A stretch of DNA of 64,000 bases from an uncultured Spirochaetota bacterium. Lineage in GTDB: Bacteria > Spirochaetota > Brevinematia > Brevinematales > JAOACQ01. Made by a program: the position numbers and the translations under genes. Each line of letters starts with the position of its first letter. Positions within the stretch are counted from its first letter, which is position 1. Below, one piece after another: positions 33,290 to 43,334 of this stretch. Location: positions 192,001 through 256,000 of the forward strand of contig CAWIGG010000004.1 in NCBI GenBank assembly GCA_963835575.1. The letters run 5' to 3'. The notes under the pieces are model-generated. The model ran no database searches. It was not told the origin of the DNA and worked only from the letters and a program-made list of their open reading frames with translations.

Positions 33290-33390
33290 ATTCCCCTCCA
33301 CGAAAGTCGGCAGTCAGCAGACAGATCCCGGCAGAAAATTGAATCATTTTCTGTTTTGGGCTGTCAACTGTTAACTATCGACTGTATATA

Positions 33391-33855
33391 TTAATTGTCG
33401 GAAGTTATTCGATTCTCTTTATTTCTGACAAACTGGTCTTTTCCTATTTCATCAATGAGTTTCTGCTCATCTTTGGAAGCTTCATCCTCGTACCGTTTGT
33501 AGGCTTTTTCCTTCAGGATTTCCACAACCCTCCGCTCCCTTTTTAAAGCGGCGTATTTATCGATATGCTCCTGCATGATCTTACGCTTCTCTTCAATCTC
33601 AACTTCAAGCCTTTTTACCGCCACGTCGGCGTCTTTTACCATCCGGTCATAAGCCTGCAGGTCTTTCAAATTTAGCTTTGCTTTATTCTTTCCCAGCGCC
33701 GCAAGCGTTGTCCTGACATTATCAACAATCTTCTCTTTCTTATTCAAAATATACTGATAAGCGCCGCTTGCCCTGCCCAGTTCTATCTTCTCCTGATCTT
33801 CCTTCTTCTGCCGGATTTCAAGAAGTTTCTGGAGCTTAAATTCAAACTTTTTCAA
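33391..33855 (-). CDS. fliJ: Flagellar export protein FliJ
   Basis: KKFEFKLQKLLEIR N-terminus, EQK.IDE C-terminus. Confidence 0.85.
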   Translation of the reverse strand: MKKFEFKLQKLLEIRQKKEDQEKIELGRASGAYQYILNKKEKIVDNVRTTLAALGKNKAKLNLKDLQAYDRMVKDADVAVKRLEVEIEEKRKIMQEHIDKYAALKRERRVVEILKEKAYKRYEDEASKDEQKLIDEIGKDQFVRNKENRITSDN

Positions 33856-34095
33856 GAGCCTCTCCCGTGTTTATTTTACATTATTTTTTTTTATACTGCC
33901 AGAAATTGAGTAAGTTAAATTATATCGGTTTTTTAGGCCATAAAATATTTAACCGTTTAATAATTATGAAAATTGTTTTTTATAAACACATATCGTCCGT
34001 TGACTTTTGGCATGATTTGTTTTAGAATCTTCTCATTATTGACCGATCGGCGGGACCGGCCGGTCGGGGCAAAATTTTTAAAAACGGAGTGAAAA

Positions 34096-36048
34096 ATGAA
34101 AATCTTAAAGCGTATTTTATGGATTTCTCTCGCTGTTATCGGTGCTTTTGCCTTTGCCGTGCTGACAAAACTCGTGAACATCTCAGAGCACGTCAACGCT
34201 CTCTGGATGATCGTCGCGGCCGCATGCATTTATATCATTGCCTACCGTTTTTATTCGGCCTTTATCTCCGCAAAAGTCCTTGTTTTGAACGATAAGAACA
34301 AAACGCCCGCGGTCATTTTTAACGACGGCCACGACTACGACCCAACCAACAAATGGGTGCTTTTCGGGCACCATTTTGCCGCCATCGCCGGGGCCGGCCC
34401 TCTGATCGGGCCCGTTCTGGCGGCGCAGTTCGGCTACCTGCCCGGCATGCTCTGGATTCTGATCGGCTCCGTGGCGGCCGGCGCCGTGCATGATTTCATC
34501 ATTCTCGTTTTCTCCATCCGGAGGAACGGAAAGTCCCTGCCTGAAATAGCCAAGGCGGAAGTCGGGCCCATCGCCGGGTTCACGGCGATGCTGGCCACGT
34601 TCTTTATCGTCATTGTGGCGCTGGCCGGGCTCGGGATCGTCGTTGTCAAGGCCCTCGCGAACTCGCCATGGTCGACATTCATCATCGCCATGACCATCCC
34701 GATCGCCATTTTCATGGGATTTTATCTCCGGTTCATCCGCAAGGGAAAGGTCGGCGAAGTCTCCATCATCGGCGTGGTGCTTCTACTTTTAGCGGTGATT
34801 TTCGGAAAAAACATACAGGGTTCGTCCCTTGCGCAGTTCTTCACGTTCAATGAACAGCAGATCACATTCCTCTTGATGGGCTACGGTTTGATCGCCAGCG
34901 CGCTTCCCGTTTGGATGCTCCTCGCTCCCCGGGACTATCTTTCAACCTACATGAAAATCGGCACCATCGCGCTTCTGGCCGTCGGCGTCTTTTTCATGGC
35001 GCCCAACATCGTTTTCCCGCCGGTCACGCAGTTTGCCGCCGGAGGCGGACCCATCATTCCGGGAGCGCTTTTTCCCTACCTGTTCATCACCATCGCATGC
35101 GGAGCGATATCGGGCTTTCATTCCCTGATATCCAGCGGTACGACGCCGAAGATGATCAAAAAGGAAAGCGAGGCCCGCGCGATCGGATACGGCGCCATGC
35201 TTGTCGAGGGCTTCGTGTCCATCATGGCGTTGATCGCCGCGACGACCCTCTCCACGGGCGACTACTTTCTGATCAACAGCCCCCTGACGCAGGACGCCCT
35301 GGCAAAACTCGGCTTTATTCCCGACAAGCTCCAGTGGTTCGAACAGCAGATCGGCATCTCGCTTGCCCACAGGACGGGCGGCGCCGTGACGCTCGCCATC
35401 GGCATGGCCAATATACTTTCCTCCATACCGGGAATGAAGGCGCTTGTCGCCTACTGGTACAACTTCATTTTAATGTTCGAGGCGCTCTTTATCCTGACGA
35501 CCATCGACGCGGGAACGCGCGTGGCCCGTTTTATCGTCCAGGAATCGGCGGGCTATTTTTATAAACCCCTCAAGAATTACACATGGATGCCCGGCCTTAT
35601 CGTCACGAGCGTTTTCGTGGTCCTCTGCTGGGGCTATCTTATCCTGACCGGCAGCATCGCCACCATCTGGCCGATGTTCGGCATTTCGAACCAGCTCCTG
35701 GCCGGCATCGCGCTGATCATCGGTTCGACCATCCTGATCAAGATGAAAAAGCTCCGCTTCGTATGGATCACCATCGTACCGGCGGCCTTTGTCCTTGCCG
35801 TGACGCTGACGGCGTCTGTCCTCGAAGTGCTGAAGTATATCAAGCTTTTAGCCGCTCCGGGGCTGACGTTCATCCAGCAGCTGACATACCGGCTGAATAT
35901 GATCCTCATCTGCGTCATGGCGGTCCTTGCCATAGTGATCGTAGTTGACTGCGTTTCGAAATGGTCCGGCTTTGCCAAAAAACCCTATAAGGAACCGGTT
36001 TCCGGCGGGCAGAAGAGCGAGATACCGGTGATGGAAGTCCCCGATTAG
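34096..36048 (+). CDS. cstA: Carbon starvation protein A (peptide/pyruvate transporter)
   Basis: FGHHFAAIAGAGPL.GP, LAPRDYLS, IACGAISGFH, WPMFG.SNQLL; TTGACT-17-TAGAAT at 34000-34028. Confidence 0.95.
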   Translation: MKILKRILWISLAVIGAFAFAVLTKLVNISEHVNALWMIVAAACIYIIAYRFYSAFISAKVLVLNDKNKTPAVIFNDGHDYDPTNKWVLFGHHFAAIAGAGPLIGPVLAAQFGYLPGMLWILIGSVAAGAVHDFIILVFSIRRNGKSLPEIAKAEVGPIAGFTAMLATFFIVIVALAGLGIVVVKALANSPWSTFIIAMTIPIAIFMGFYLRFIRKGKVGEVSIIGVVLLLLAVIFGKNIQGSSLAQFFTFNEQQITFLLMGYGLIASALPVWMLLAPRDYLSTYMKIGTIALLAVGVFFMAPNIVFPPVTQFAAGGGPIIPGALFPYLFITIACGAISGFHSLISSGTTPKMIKKESEARAIGYGAMLVEGFVSIMALIAATTLSTGDYFLINSPLTQDALAKLGFIPDKLQWFEQQIGISLAHRTGGAVTLAIGMANILSSIPGMKALVAYWYNFILMFEALFILTTIDAGTRVARFIVQESAGYFYKPLKNYTWMPGLIVTSVFVVLCWGYLILTGSIATIWPMFGISNQLLAGIALIIGSTILIKMKKLRFVWITIVPAAFVLAVTLTASVLEVLKYIKLLAAPGLTFIQQLTYRLNMILICVMAVLAIVIVVDCVSKWSGFAKKPYKEPVSGGQKSEIPVMEVPD

Positions 36049-36412
36049 GGTATTAATAACATTCCCTGGATTGTTAAGTCGCTTACGAGGGTTTTAACAC
36101 AGAGGACACGGAGGGGATCGGAGAGCACTGAGAGCTGTCGGGTTAATACTGTCCATGTAATTGTAAAAGGTTCCCTGGATTGTTCCGATTCCTTTACATT
36201 AAACACGAAGACACGAAGAATCACGAAGAGTGGAAAATCCGGACGAAACATGCCGGGGTTCCGGGTGAAACATGCCACCCAATCCGTGTGAAACATGCCG
36301 GGTAATCCGGATGAAATGTTACCACCTACCATAAGAAAAAGCGAATCAAACACGAAGAATTCCTCCGAGAATGTTAAGCTAATCCTTCTTGAAAAAATAA
36401 GAAGGAGTTGGT

Positions 36413-37969
36413 ATGCCGAACAGGAGGAAGCCTATGAAGAAAATCCGGGAAGTGATCCGGATGATCAAAGAAAACGGCCTGAGCTGCCGTGTGACATCAA
36501 AGGCCCTGGATATTTCCAGGCCAACCGTGCAAAGATATATATCCAGGTTTGAAAAAAGCGGCCTAACCATCGCGGAAATTTATGAAATGAGCGATTCTGC
36601 TTTAATTGAAATTTTCGAATCGATGGCAGAAGGTGACAGTCAGGAAGAAACCGAAAAGGATAATCTGTACAATGAATTCCCCGAATACAGTAAGGAACTA
36701 CTGCGTACAGGCGTCAATCTGAGATTGCTTTGGGAAGAATACCTGAGAAAATATCCAGGAGGCTATCGCTATTCTCAATTCTGCTATCACTACGGCATCT
36801 GGAAAGGTTCTCTTGAAATATCCATGCACCAGGAATACAAGGCCGGAGACAAGCTTTTTGTTGATTTTACCGGCGCGAAATTTCCGATTGTAGACCGTTC
36901 CACAGGAGAAGTTATAGAGAAAGAGGTATTCGTAGCCATTCTTGGAGCAAGCCAGTATACATATGTGGAAGCGACGGATAGCCAGAAGAAAGAAGACTTA
37001 ATCAGGGCTATCGAGAACGCGTTGTATTACTTCGGAGGATCACCAAGAGCCATAATACCCGATTGTTTAAAAAGCGCTGTAACGTTGGGCAATAAATATG
37101 AACCTGCAATTAATTCTGAATTTCAGAATTTTTGCAGACATTATTCTATGTGTCCCCTCCCTGCAAGACCATATAAACCGCGAGATAAAGCACACGTTGA
37201 AAACGCCGTAAAAATCACCTACAGCTGGATATTTGCCGTTCTCAGGAATAGAGTTTTTTATACTCTGGGAGAATTGAATATTGCTATACGGGAACAATTG
37301 GGAATCTATAATTCAAAGAAGATGCAGAAGCTCAAAGTCAGCAGGCGGGAATTTTTCGAGGAAACAGAACGGAAAGAGTTAAAACCGCTTCCGAAGGAAA
37401 GATACAGTTTTAAAAGCTTCTCAAAAGCTAAGATCCAATTCAACTATCATGTCTGTCTCAAAGAAGATTCTCATTACTACAGCGTTCCATATCGATATAG
37501 AGGCAAAATGGCAGATATTGTTACTTCCGATCGGACAGTGGAAATATTTGTTGATAATATCCGCATTGCAGCCTATCCACGGGACCGTAGAAAGCAAGTT
37601 TATACAACCACACATGAACATATGCCGCCCCATCACAGGTGGGTCGGAGACTGGAATCCGGAGAAGTTAACACATTGGGGTAAGTCGCTTGGTCCGGATG
37701 TTGAAGAAATGATAAAGAGAGTCCTGCAAAGCAGGGATTATCCAGAACAGGCATATAAGGTCTGTCTGGGCATCTTAAGCCTGGCCAAAAAACTCGGAAA
37801 AGAAAGGCTCGATAAAGCCTGTAAACGGGCGCTTGATTTTCAGTATTATTCATATCAGGGAATAAAGCGGATTCTGGAGAAAGGCCTGGATAATTTTGAG
37901 GAAGAATCGGTACTGTTTCCGGCCGTTAAGATGCATGAAAATATCCGCGGAAGAGAATATTTTGAATAG
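36413..37969 (+). CDS. istA: IS21 transposase
   Basis: HTH, FVDFTG, PDCLKSAV, KPRDKAHVE, YYSVPY. Confidence 0.93.
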   Translation: MPNRRKPMKKIREVIRMIKENGLSCRVTSKALDISRPTVQRYISRFEKSGLTIAEIYEMSDSALIEIFESMAEGDSQEETEKDNLYNEFPEYSKELLRTGVNLRLLWEEYLRKYPGGYRYSQFCYHYGIWKGSLEISMHQEYKAGDKLFVDFTGAKFPIVDRSTGEVIEKEVFVAILGASQYTYVEATDSQKKEDLIRAIENALYYFGGSPRAIIPDCLKSAVTLGNKYEPAINSEFQNFCRHYSMCPLPARPYKPRDKAHVENAVKITYSWIFAVLRNRVFYTLGELNIAIREQLGIYNSKKMQKLKVSRREFFEETERKELKPLPKERYSFKSFSKAKIQFNYHVCLKEDSHYYSVPYRYRGKMADIVTSDRTVEIFVDNIRIAAYPRDRRKQVYTTTHEHMPPHHRWVGDWNPEKLTHWGKSLGPDVEEMIKRVLQSRDYPEQAYKVCLGILSLAKKLGKERLDKACKRALDFQYYSYQGIKRILEKGLDNFEEESVLFPAVKMHENIRGREYFE

Positions 37970-37981
37970 GAGGAACTGAAT

Positions 37982-38725
37982 ATGACCAATGAAGCAACTA
38001 TTGAAAAAATGCAGAAGATGAAACTGCATGGGATGTCCAGGGCGTTTGAGGATATCATTGCCGGTAAAACGCCTGACGGCCTGACTGCCGATGAAACAAT
38101 TGCGCATCTTGTGGATTCGGAATGGGACGAAAGGTATAATCGGAAACTGTCATCTTTAATCAAAAGAGGGCGTTTCAGATATCAGGCTGGTCTGGAGAAT
38201 CTTTCTTACCGTGCGGATAGAGAACTGGATAAAAATCTGATATTGAGGCTTTCGAATTGTGATTGGATACGAAAGAAAGAAAATATGATTATTACAGGCG
38301 CTACCGGCAGCGGGAAAAGCTATCTTGCATCAGCTTTCGGTAATCAGGCTTGCCGGCAGGGCTACAGGACCCTTTATTTCAACTGTTTGAAGATTTTTAC
38401 CCGGTTAAAATTCGCAAAAGCGGAAGGTAGTTACTCAAAAGAAATGAATTTTATCCAGAAGCAGGATTTATTGATACTGGATGATTTTGGTCTTGAAATT
38501 CTTGATACACCCTCAAGATTGTCTCTTCTGGAAATGCTTGAGGACCGGCATGGTAAAAACTCTACTTTGATAACTTCTCAGCTGCCGGTAAAAGATTGGT
38601 TTGAAAAAATCGGTGATCCTACGATAGCTGACGCAATCTGTGACAGGATAAATCATTCTGCTATTAAAATCGAATTGAAGGGGGTTGATTCTATGCGTAA
38701 AATTTATGCTAAAGATTCTGGATGA
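37982..38725 (+). CDS. istB: IS21 helper AAA+ ATPase
   Basis: GATGSGKS, LLILDDFG, TSQLP..W, ADAICDR. Confidence 0.95.
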   Translation: MTNEATIEKMQKMKLHGMSRAFEDIIAGKTPDGLTADETIAHLVDSEWDERYNRKLSSLIKRGRFRYQAGLENLSYRADRELDKNLILRLSNCDWIRKKENMIITGATGSGKSYLASAFGNQACRQGYRTLYFNCLKIFTRLKFAKAEGSYSKEMNFIQKQDLLILDDFGLEILDTPSRLSLLEMLEDRHGKNSTLITSQLPVKDWFEKIGDPTIADAICDRINHSAIKIELKGVDSMRKIYAKDSG

Positions 38726-38967
38726 AACATGCCACCTGCCTTAAAATGTTTTGGGAATTTTAGTGTTTTGAAAAGTGGTAACATTTCGCCCGGAACCCCG
38801 GCACATTTCACCGGAATACGCAAAGAGCACAAAGGGTGTTTAGCATTTCTTTTTTGTTCAATTATAGATATTCATAAGCTTTTCTTTATTATTATATCTG
38901 ATTGTTCACGCGGATCGGCGCGGATGGGACGGATTTGCGCGGATATTGTTTAATGTAATTTCAATTT

Positions 38968-40008
38968 TTATGAATCACCTTTTATTTTATTTGTTTTTAA
39001 ATAATGTTCGAAATATTCTAAAAGCTTTTCATGCCTATTTTGGATTTGGTACCTTTCACCTGGAGCATTATTAAGATGTGATTTAAATATGTATAGTTCT
39101 TTGTTTTTTCTATCAAAACCTGCTTTATCTTCTTCTTTTATTCTTTTCCACAATTTAATAACAAACTCTACAAATTTAGGCATTTTCTTATCAATTACAT
39201 TGTCCGCATTCATTATAAATTCTACAAATAAATATATTGATAATATCAAAGATCGATTTTTTATTTCAGCAATCTTCTCTCCGAAATATTTTTCTAATTC
39301 ATTTAAAACTTTTAAAATAGATCTACATTTTTTTTTAAAGAATATTAGATCATCACCTTCCGGTTTTTGATATTGTTCAAAAAAGATTTTTAGATCTTCA
39401 TATCTTGTTCCAGAAAATTGATCAATTTTTTCTTTGTAAAATGAATTTATCACTATTTGAGCACATAGAGTTTGCTTTGCATATCTATGATTTGGAATTT
39501 TTATCAATTGAATAAATTTATGAGAATTCATTTCGTTAAAAACAAAATCTTTCATGTACCCAACTTTTGCATGTAATTTTTCCCCGGTTATTAATAATAA
39601 ACCTAACTGTAATCTTAAAAAAAGTTCTCTTAAATAGTCTTTTGTTGCCCCTTTTATTTCTACAATCTGTATTTCATAATTTAAAAATTGAAGCTCAATA
39701 TCATTATTTAAATCTCTAAATTTATAACTTTTACTATTTAATTTACAATCATATTCATTATCGATAAATTCCCAAATAGCCCATAAACGTTGTTGACCAT
39801 CTATAACTTCATATTCTTCTTTTCCAATTTTTGAAAAATAAAGTTTTGGAATATCAATGTCATTGAAAATTGAATCAATAAGCAGTTGTTTATCTCTTAT
39901 CTTCCATAATTTTGGTTCTCTTTGAAAGTCAGGACATGAAATAGAATCTCTTTTTTGATAAATTTTTTCTATTGACCAAGGTATAACAACTCTTTCTACA
40001 TTCTTCAT
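38968..40008 (-). CDS. DUF262 (ParB-like, GmrSD N-terminal) protein
   Basis: PDFQR...W, LIDSI, IP, IDGQQRL motifs; no C-terminal HNH visible. Confidence 0.85.
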   Translation of the reverse strand: MKNVERVVIPWSIEKIYQKRDSISCPDFQREPKLWKIRDKQLLIDSIFNDIDIPKLYFSKIGKEEYEVIDGQQRLWAIWEFIDNEYDCKLNSKSYKFRDLNNDIELQFLNYEIQIVEIKGATKDYLRELFLRLQLGLLLITGEKLHAKVGYMKDFVFNEMNSHKFIQLIKIPNHRYAKQTLCAQIVINSFYKEKIDQFSGTRYEDLKIFFEQYQKPEGDDLIFFKKKCRSILKVLNELEKYFGEKIAEIKNRSLILSIYLFVEFIMNADNVIDKKMPKFVEFVIKLWKRIKEEDKAGFDRKNKELYIFKSHLNNAPGERYQIQNRHEKLLEYFEHYLKTNKIKGDS

Positions 40009-41084
40009 TTTTCAATTACTTCCTTTAAATAACTTCCTTTTTTTAGATTAAATTCACCTTTCTTTAAATGATTCATACTTTTTATTTTAAGCCAATAACT
40101 AAAAATATTACTTAAAGCTGATTTTTCAATTTCCCCCTCGTCACTGAGATCTTTGTATAATGAAAAGTCGCCATCTGTATTATTCCCTAATGGAACGATA
40201 TTATTTAGAAATGAATATTCACTATTTATCCTTTTTTCTGCATTTTTATCAATAATTAATTCTATTGTAAAATTCTTTCCATTACAACAATAATTTTTAT
40301 ATTGAGCATTAAACAACAAAGAAATTATATTCCAGTCATTTTGACTTAATGAACAGCCAATTATTCTTAAAATATCACAATTTTTTACTAGTAATTCATA
40401 AGCAATACCCATTAGCTTATTGTATGGATATTCTTTAGATTCTTTTAAAATTGTCGGTGGAATCCATTGTATATTAGGATCGTATTTACTATCAGTATTC
40501 AATGGTACAACTTTTATAGGTATATCATGAAGCCAATCAAAAGAACCATGCAATTTTATTATTGGGGGAATACTAGTTTTATATTTATAATAATCAGATT
40601 GAAAATTAAATCCTAAGTTTAAACCACCATATACCTTGTGTGATGCAACTTGAAATAAATTATCATGATTTAGGCTAATAATACCTTCCAGCTTTTCAAC
40701 ATTTTTTAAAAAATAGTCATTATGATGCATTTCAAGTAAAGCTACGGTTAGTTGAGGATTATTTAAGATATTTGCTTTAAACAAACTATTTAAAATTTCA
40801 TTAAAATAGAATTCCCTTAATTTTTCCGCCACTTCAATATTTTTTTTTAAACCAGTGGCAGTAAATAAACTTATTAATTTTTCAATATCTATATCTTGAC
40901 CTTTTTTAATAATCAAAGCCCATTCTCTACTAGATTTGGCTCTTTTTATTATACGTGAACTGATTCCCTCTCCATGGATTTTACTATCCTTCATAAGCAA
41001 ATTAATTTTTTCACCACCTTTATTATCTGCTTCAGCTTGTGTTGCTCCAGCACCAATTAAATAAACAATCTTTTTAGCTGCCAT
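40005..41084 (-). CDS. SIR2-like (SIR2_2) protein
   Basis: YLIGAGA, SLNHDNL, KLHGS.DW, IPPT..K, IIGCSL...D. Confidence 0.75.
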   Translation of the reverse strand: MAAKKIVYLIGAGATQAEADNKGGEKINLLMKDSKIHGEGISSRIIKRAKSSREWALIIKKGQDIDIEKLISLFTATGLKKNIEVAEKLREFYFNEILNSLFKANILNNPQLTVALLEMHHNDYFLKNVEKLEGIISLNHDNLFQVASHKVYGGLNLGFNFQSDYYKYKTSIPPIIKLHGSFDWLHDIPIKVVPLNTDSKYDPNIQWIPPTILKESKEYPYNKLMGIAYELLVKNCDILRIIGCSLSQNDWNIISLLFNAQYKNYCCNGKNFTIELIIDKNAEKRINSEYSFLNNIVPLGNNTDGDFSLYKDLSDEGEIEKSALSNIFSYWLKIKSMNHLKKGEFNLKKGSYLKEVIEK

Positions 41085-41091
41085 AACTTTC

Positions 41092-42318
41092 CTATTTTTT
41101 CCACACGATTAGACTTTCTCTGGTAGGTTCTCTTTTATATTCCGCCATTTGCTGGGAACTGTTCCCTCGATATCTCAATACATGGATGCTCTCTGAAGTT
41201 AATCCGACCTGCTCTCCTATTTCACTGAGAATAATATCAACCGGAATCCCTATTCCGGCATAGCGGACATTGCTTACAACAAGGCCGATATATCCATTAT
41301 CCTTTAAAACCGAGCCCATTTCTTTAAGACACAGATACATATCTTCAAAATAACCGTTTAAAGTGGAAATTATCTGCGGATTATTCAATTCTTTTTTTCC
41401 CAGTTCACTAATGATATTTTTTAAAACATCGGGGGCTTCATATTTTTCCGCTTCAAATCTCTTTCTTGCTTCGACATGCGATCTGAGCGTATTATATCGT
41501 AATTTTTTAATGGATTCATTATCATTTAAAAAACCCACCAAAAGCTCTAATTGATATATTCTTGTATAATCGTGCCTATTTGGATATGGAGGAGAAGTCA
41601 AAACCGCATCGAATTTCTTTTCTTTTATTTCTTCGGGATATTGCCGCGAATCGCCAAGAAATGCGGTTGATGTCGATTCTGAGAATTGAATTCTATTAAA
41701 ATCTTTAATATAACTGTTTATTGTTGAGTTAAATAAATTTTTTACTATCTCGGAAGGAACCCTTCTTTGTTCGGTTATCCTGAGAAATCCCCCCGATTTT
41801 TTCGCTTTGCTTACTTTATTCAGTATGCTCAGCAAAGACAATAAAAATAGGTCTTTTTCCTGTTCATCAATTTTATTGATAGAATCCTTTAGCGAAAATA
41901 TATATTTCAATGTATCATTAGAAAATGACTTTTGGAGCAGAGGCACATCCGGTATTTCAACCCGGGGATTTGTTTTATGAGAAATCTCTTCGGCTAACCG
42001 ATTTATTTTTGACTCTTCATATTTTGTAGTTAATGCCTTTGATATGAAAACAGAGAAAGGAGAAATATCCAATCCAGTGGAATTGTAGCCGTCTATTTTT
42101 GATTGAATTAAAGTTGTGCCCCCTCCGCAGAAGGGGTCAAGGATTGAATCACCTTTTGAAAGGTTGAACATCGAAAATATTTCTTTTATTAATTTGCTTC
42201 CGAATCTGTGTTTAAATCCATACCAGTTGAATGGCGGATTATCTCTGTCGGAAATTGGTGAAACATAATTGCCCCAATCCAGTCTTTCTAAAATTTCCAC
42301 TTTATTTTCCTTATGCAA
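41092..42318 (-). CDS. Amino-DNA methyltransferase (probably N4-cytosine)
   Basis: DPFCGGGTT (motif I) precedes TSPPY (motif IV); RESLIVW C-terminus. Confidence 0.9.
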   Translation of the reverse strand: MHKENKVEILERLDWGNYVSPISDRDNPPFNWYGFKHRFGSKLIKEIFSMFNLSKGDSILDPFCGGGTTLIQSKIDGYNSTGLDISPFSVFISKALTTKYEESKINRLAEEISHKTNPRVEIPDVPLLQKSFSNDTLKYIFSLKDSINKIDEQEKDLFLLSLLSILNKVSKAKKSGGFLRITEQRRVPSEIVKNLFNSTINSYIKDFNRIQFSESTSTAFLGDSRQYPEEIKEKKFDAVLTSPPYPNRHDYTRIYQLELLVGFLNDNESIKKLRYNTLRSHVEARKRFEAEKYEAPDVLKNIISELGKKELNNPQIISTLNGYFEDMYLCLKEMGSVLKDNGYIGLVVSNVRYAGIGIPVDIILSEIGEQVGLTSESIHVLRYRGNSSQQMAEYKREPTRESLIVWKK

Positions 42319-42414
42319 TTATATTAGCCAATGTCAGCAAACAATTTTAAACACAAATTTAATTTAAAATTCGTCAATGAGTTACAAATTTAATTCTCAC
42401 AAATTATTACGGAT

Positions 42415-42443
42415 ATTATAATTATGGATGAACAGATTGTCAA
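42415..42443 (-). promoter_or_regulatory. Consensus sigma70 promoter of MTase-SIR2-DUF262 operon
   Basis: TTGACA(42443-42438)-17-TATAAT(42420-42415). Confidence 0.75.
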
Positions 42444-42636
42444 ATATATTTTTGTTTTCACTTATTAAATACTTAATTAGATTTTCGAGTTACATTTAAA
42501 AATTGAATACATAAACACCACCCGTGATGGCAACATAAGAAAAGTATAATTTATATTATCTCCGTGCCCGGCGCCTGTCCTGAGCGAATGCGAAGGATGT
42601 CTCTGTGGCAAATAAGAAATAGAGTTTTGGGGAACC

Positions 42637-43220
42637 TCACTCGAAATCATGGACATGCGGCGGCAGATGATCATAGAAATGTTCTGCAGATTCATGTACA
42701 AGCCTTTTTAACCGGTTTAGATGATCGAAATGGACCGTTACATGCGAAAGACAGGGAACATGGTGCATCATCTTATGCCGGGTGTCCAGAGCGATACTGT
42801 GGGCTTTTTCCACATTCAGCTTCGGGTTTAACGCGATGGTCAATTCAGCGTAAAGCTGGTGCCCCGGCCGCCGTACGCGAAGGGATGAAAAACCTTTCAC
42901 TTTCCGGACATGGCTTAAGGTATGTAAAATTTCATCAATGATATCAGGGTCAAAGCAGTCAATCAGACTTGTAAAACCGACTTTCCGGAATTCCTGAAAA
43001 TTTATAAAATCTTGAGTATAATAATGGGCCTGATCATCGACTCCGCCTATGGGAAGCCGGGATTAACCCCGGCGGTTCCGGCAAACACAAATTCCTCCAG
43101 GCCAGTTAATCCGTTGATCCGGGCATGACAGCCGCCGGCGTTAAGAGCGGCGCTGCCGGCTGCCCCGCCCGTTTTTTATTTTATAAACCCGGCAGGCTCA
43201 CGGCCAGTGAAACCATTGAT
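42637..43220 (-). pseudogene. Decayed 3' copy of the CDF transporter 45175-46203
   Basis: KGFSSLRVRRPGHQLYAELTIALNPKLNVEKAH...DHLPPHVHDFE matches the intact gene; frameshifted similarity continues to ~43220. Confidence 0.85.
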
Positions 43221-43334
43221 AAAGTAAGCTCCTGCCGGTTGAACTAAAAATATTTCTCATAATGGGATTGATATTTTGCATCTAAATGAAATTTTATTAT
43301 CTTATATATTAAGATATCAGACCGGAGGCGTAAT

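Larger units (their letters stand above)
36231..38822 (+). mobile_element. IS21-family insertion sequence
   Basis: TG...CA ends, imperfect IRs containing TGCCGGGGTTCCGGG, reiterated gaaacatgcc boxes, 5-bp TSD AAGAG (36226-36230 / 38823-38827). Confidence 0.92.

Noticed and set aside
34183..35978. Long alternative-frame and antisense ORFs in cstA (likewise in infB, asd, MFS)
   Set aside because: Shadow ORFs from GC3-rich codon usage within well-supported genes.
36231..36330. Repeated gaaacatgcc units as a CRISPR array
   Set aside because: Short 22-23 nt period with no unique spacers; these are IS21 terminal transposase-binding repeats.
41092..42318. Ordinary type II restriction-modification system
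   Set aside because: Neither downstream gene shows a convincing PD-(D/E)xK, HNH or GIY-YIG motif by eye; they look like SIR2-like and DUF262.
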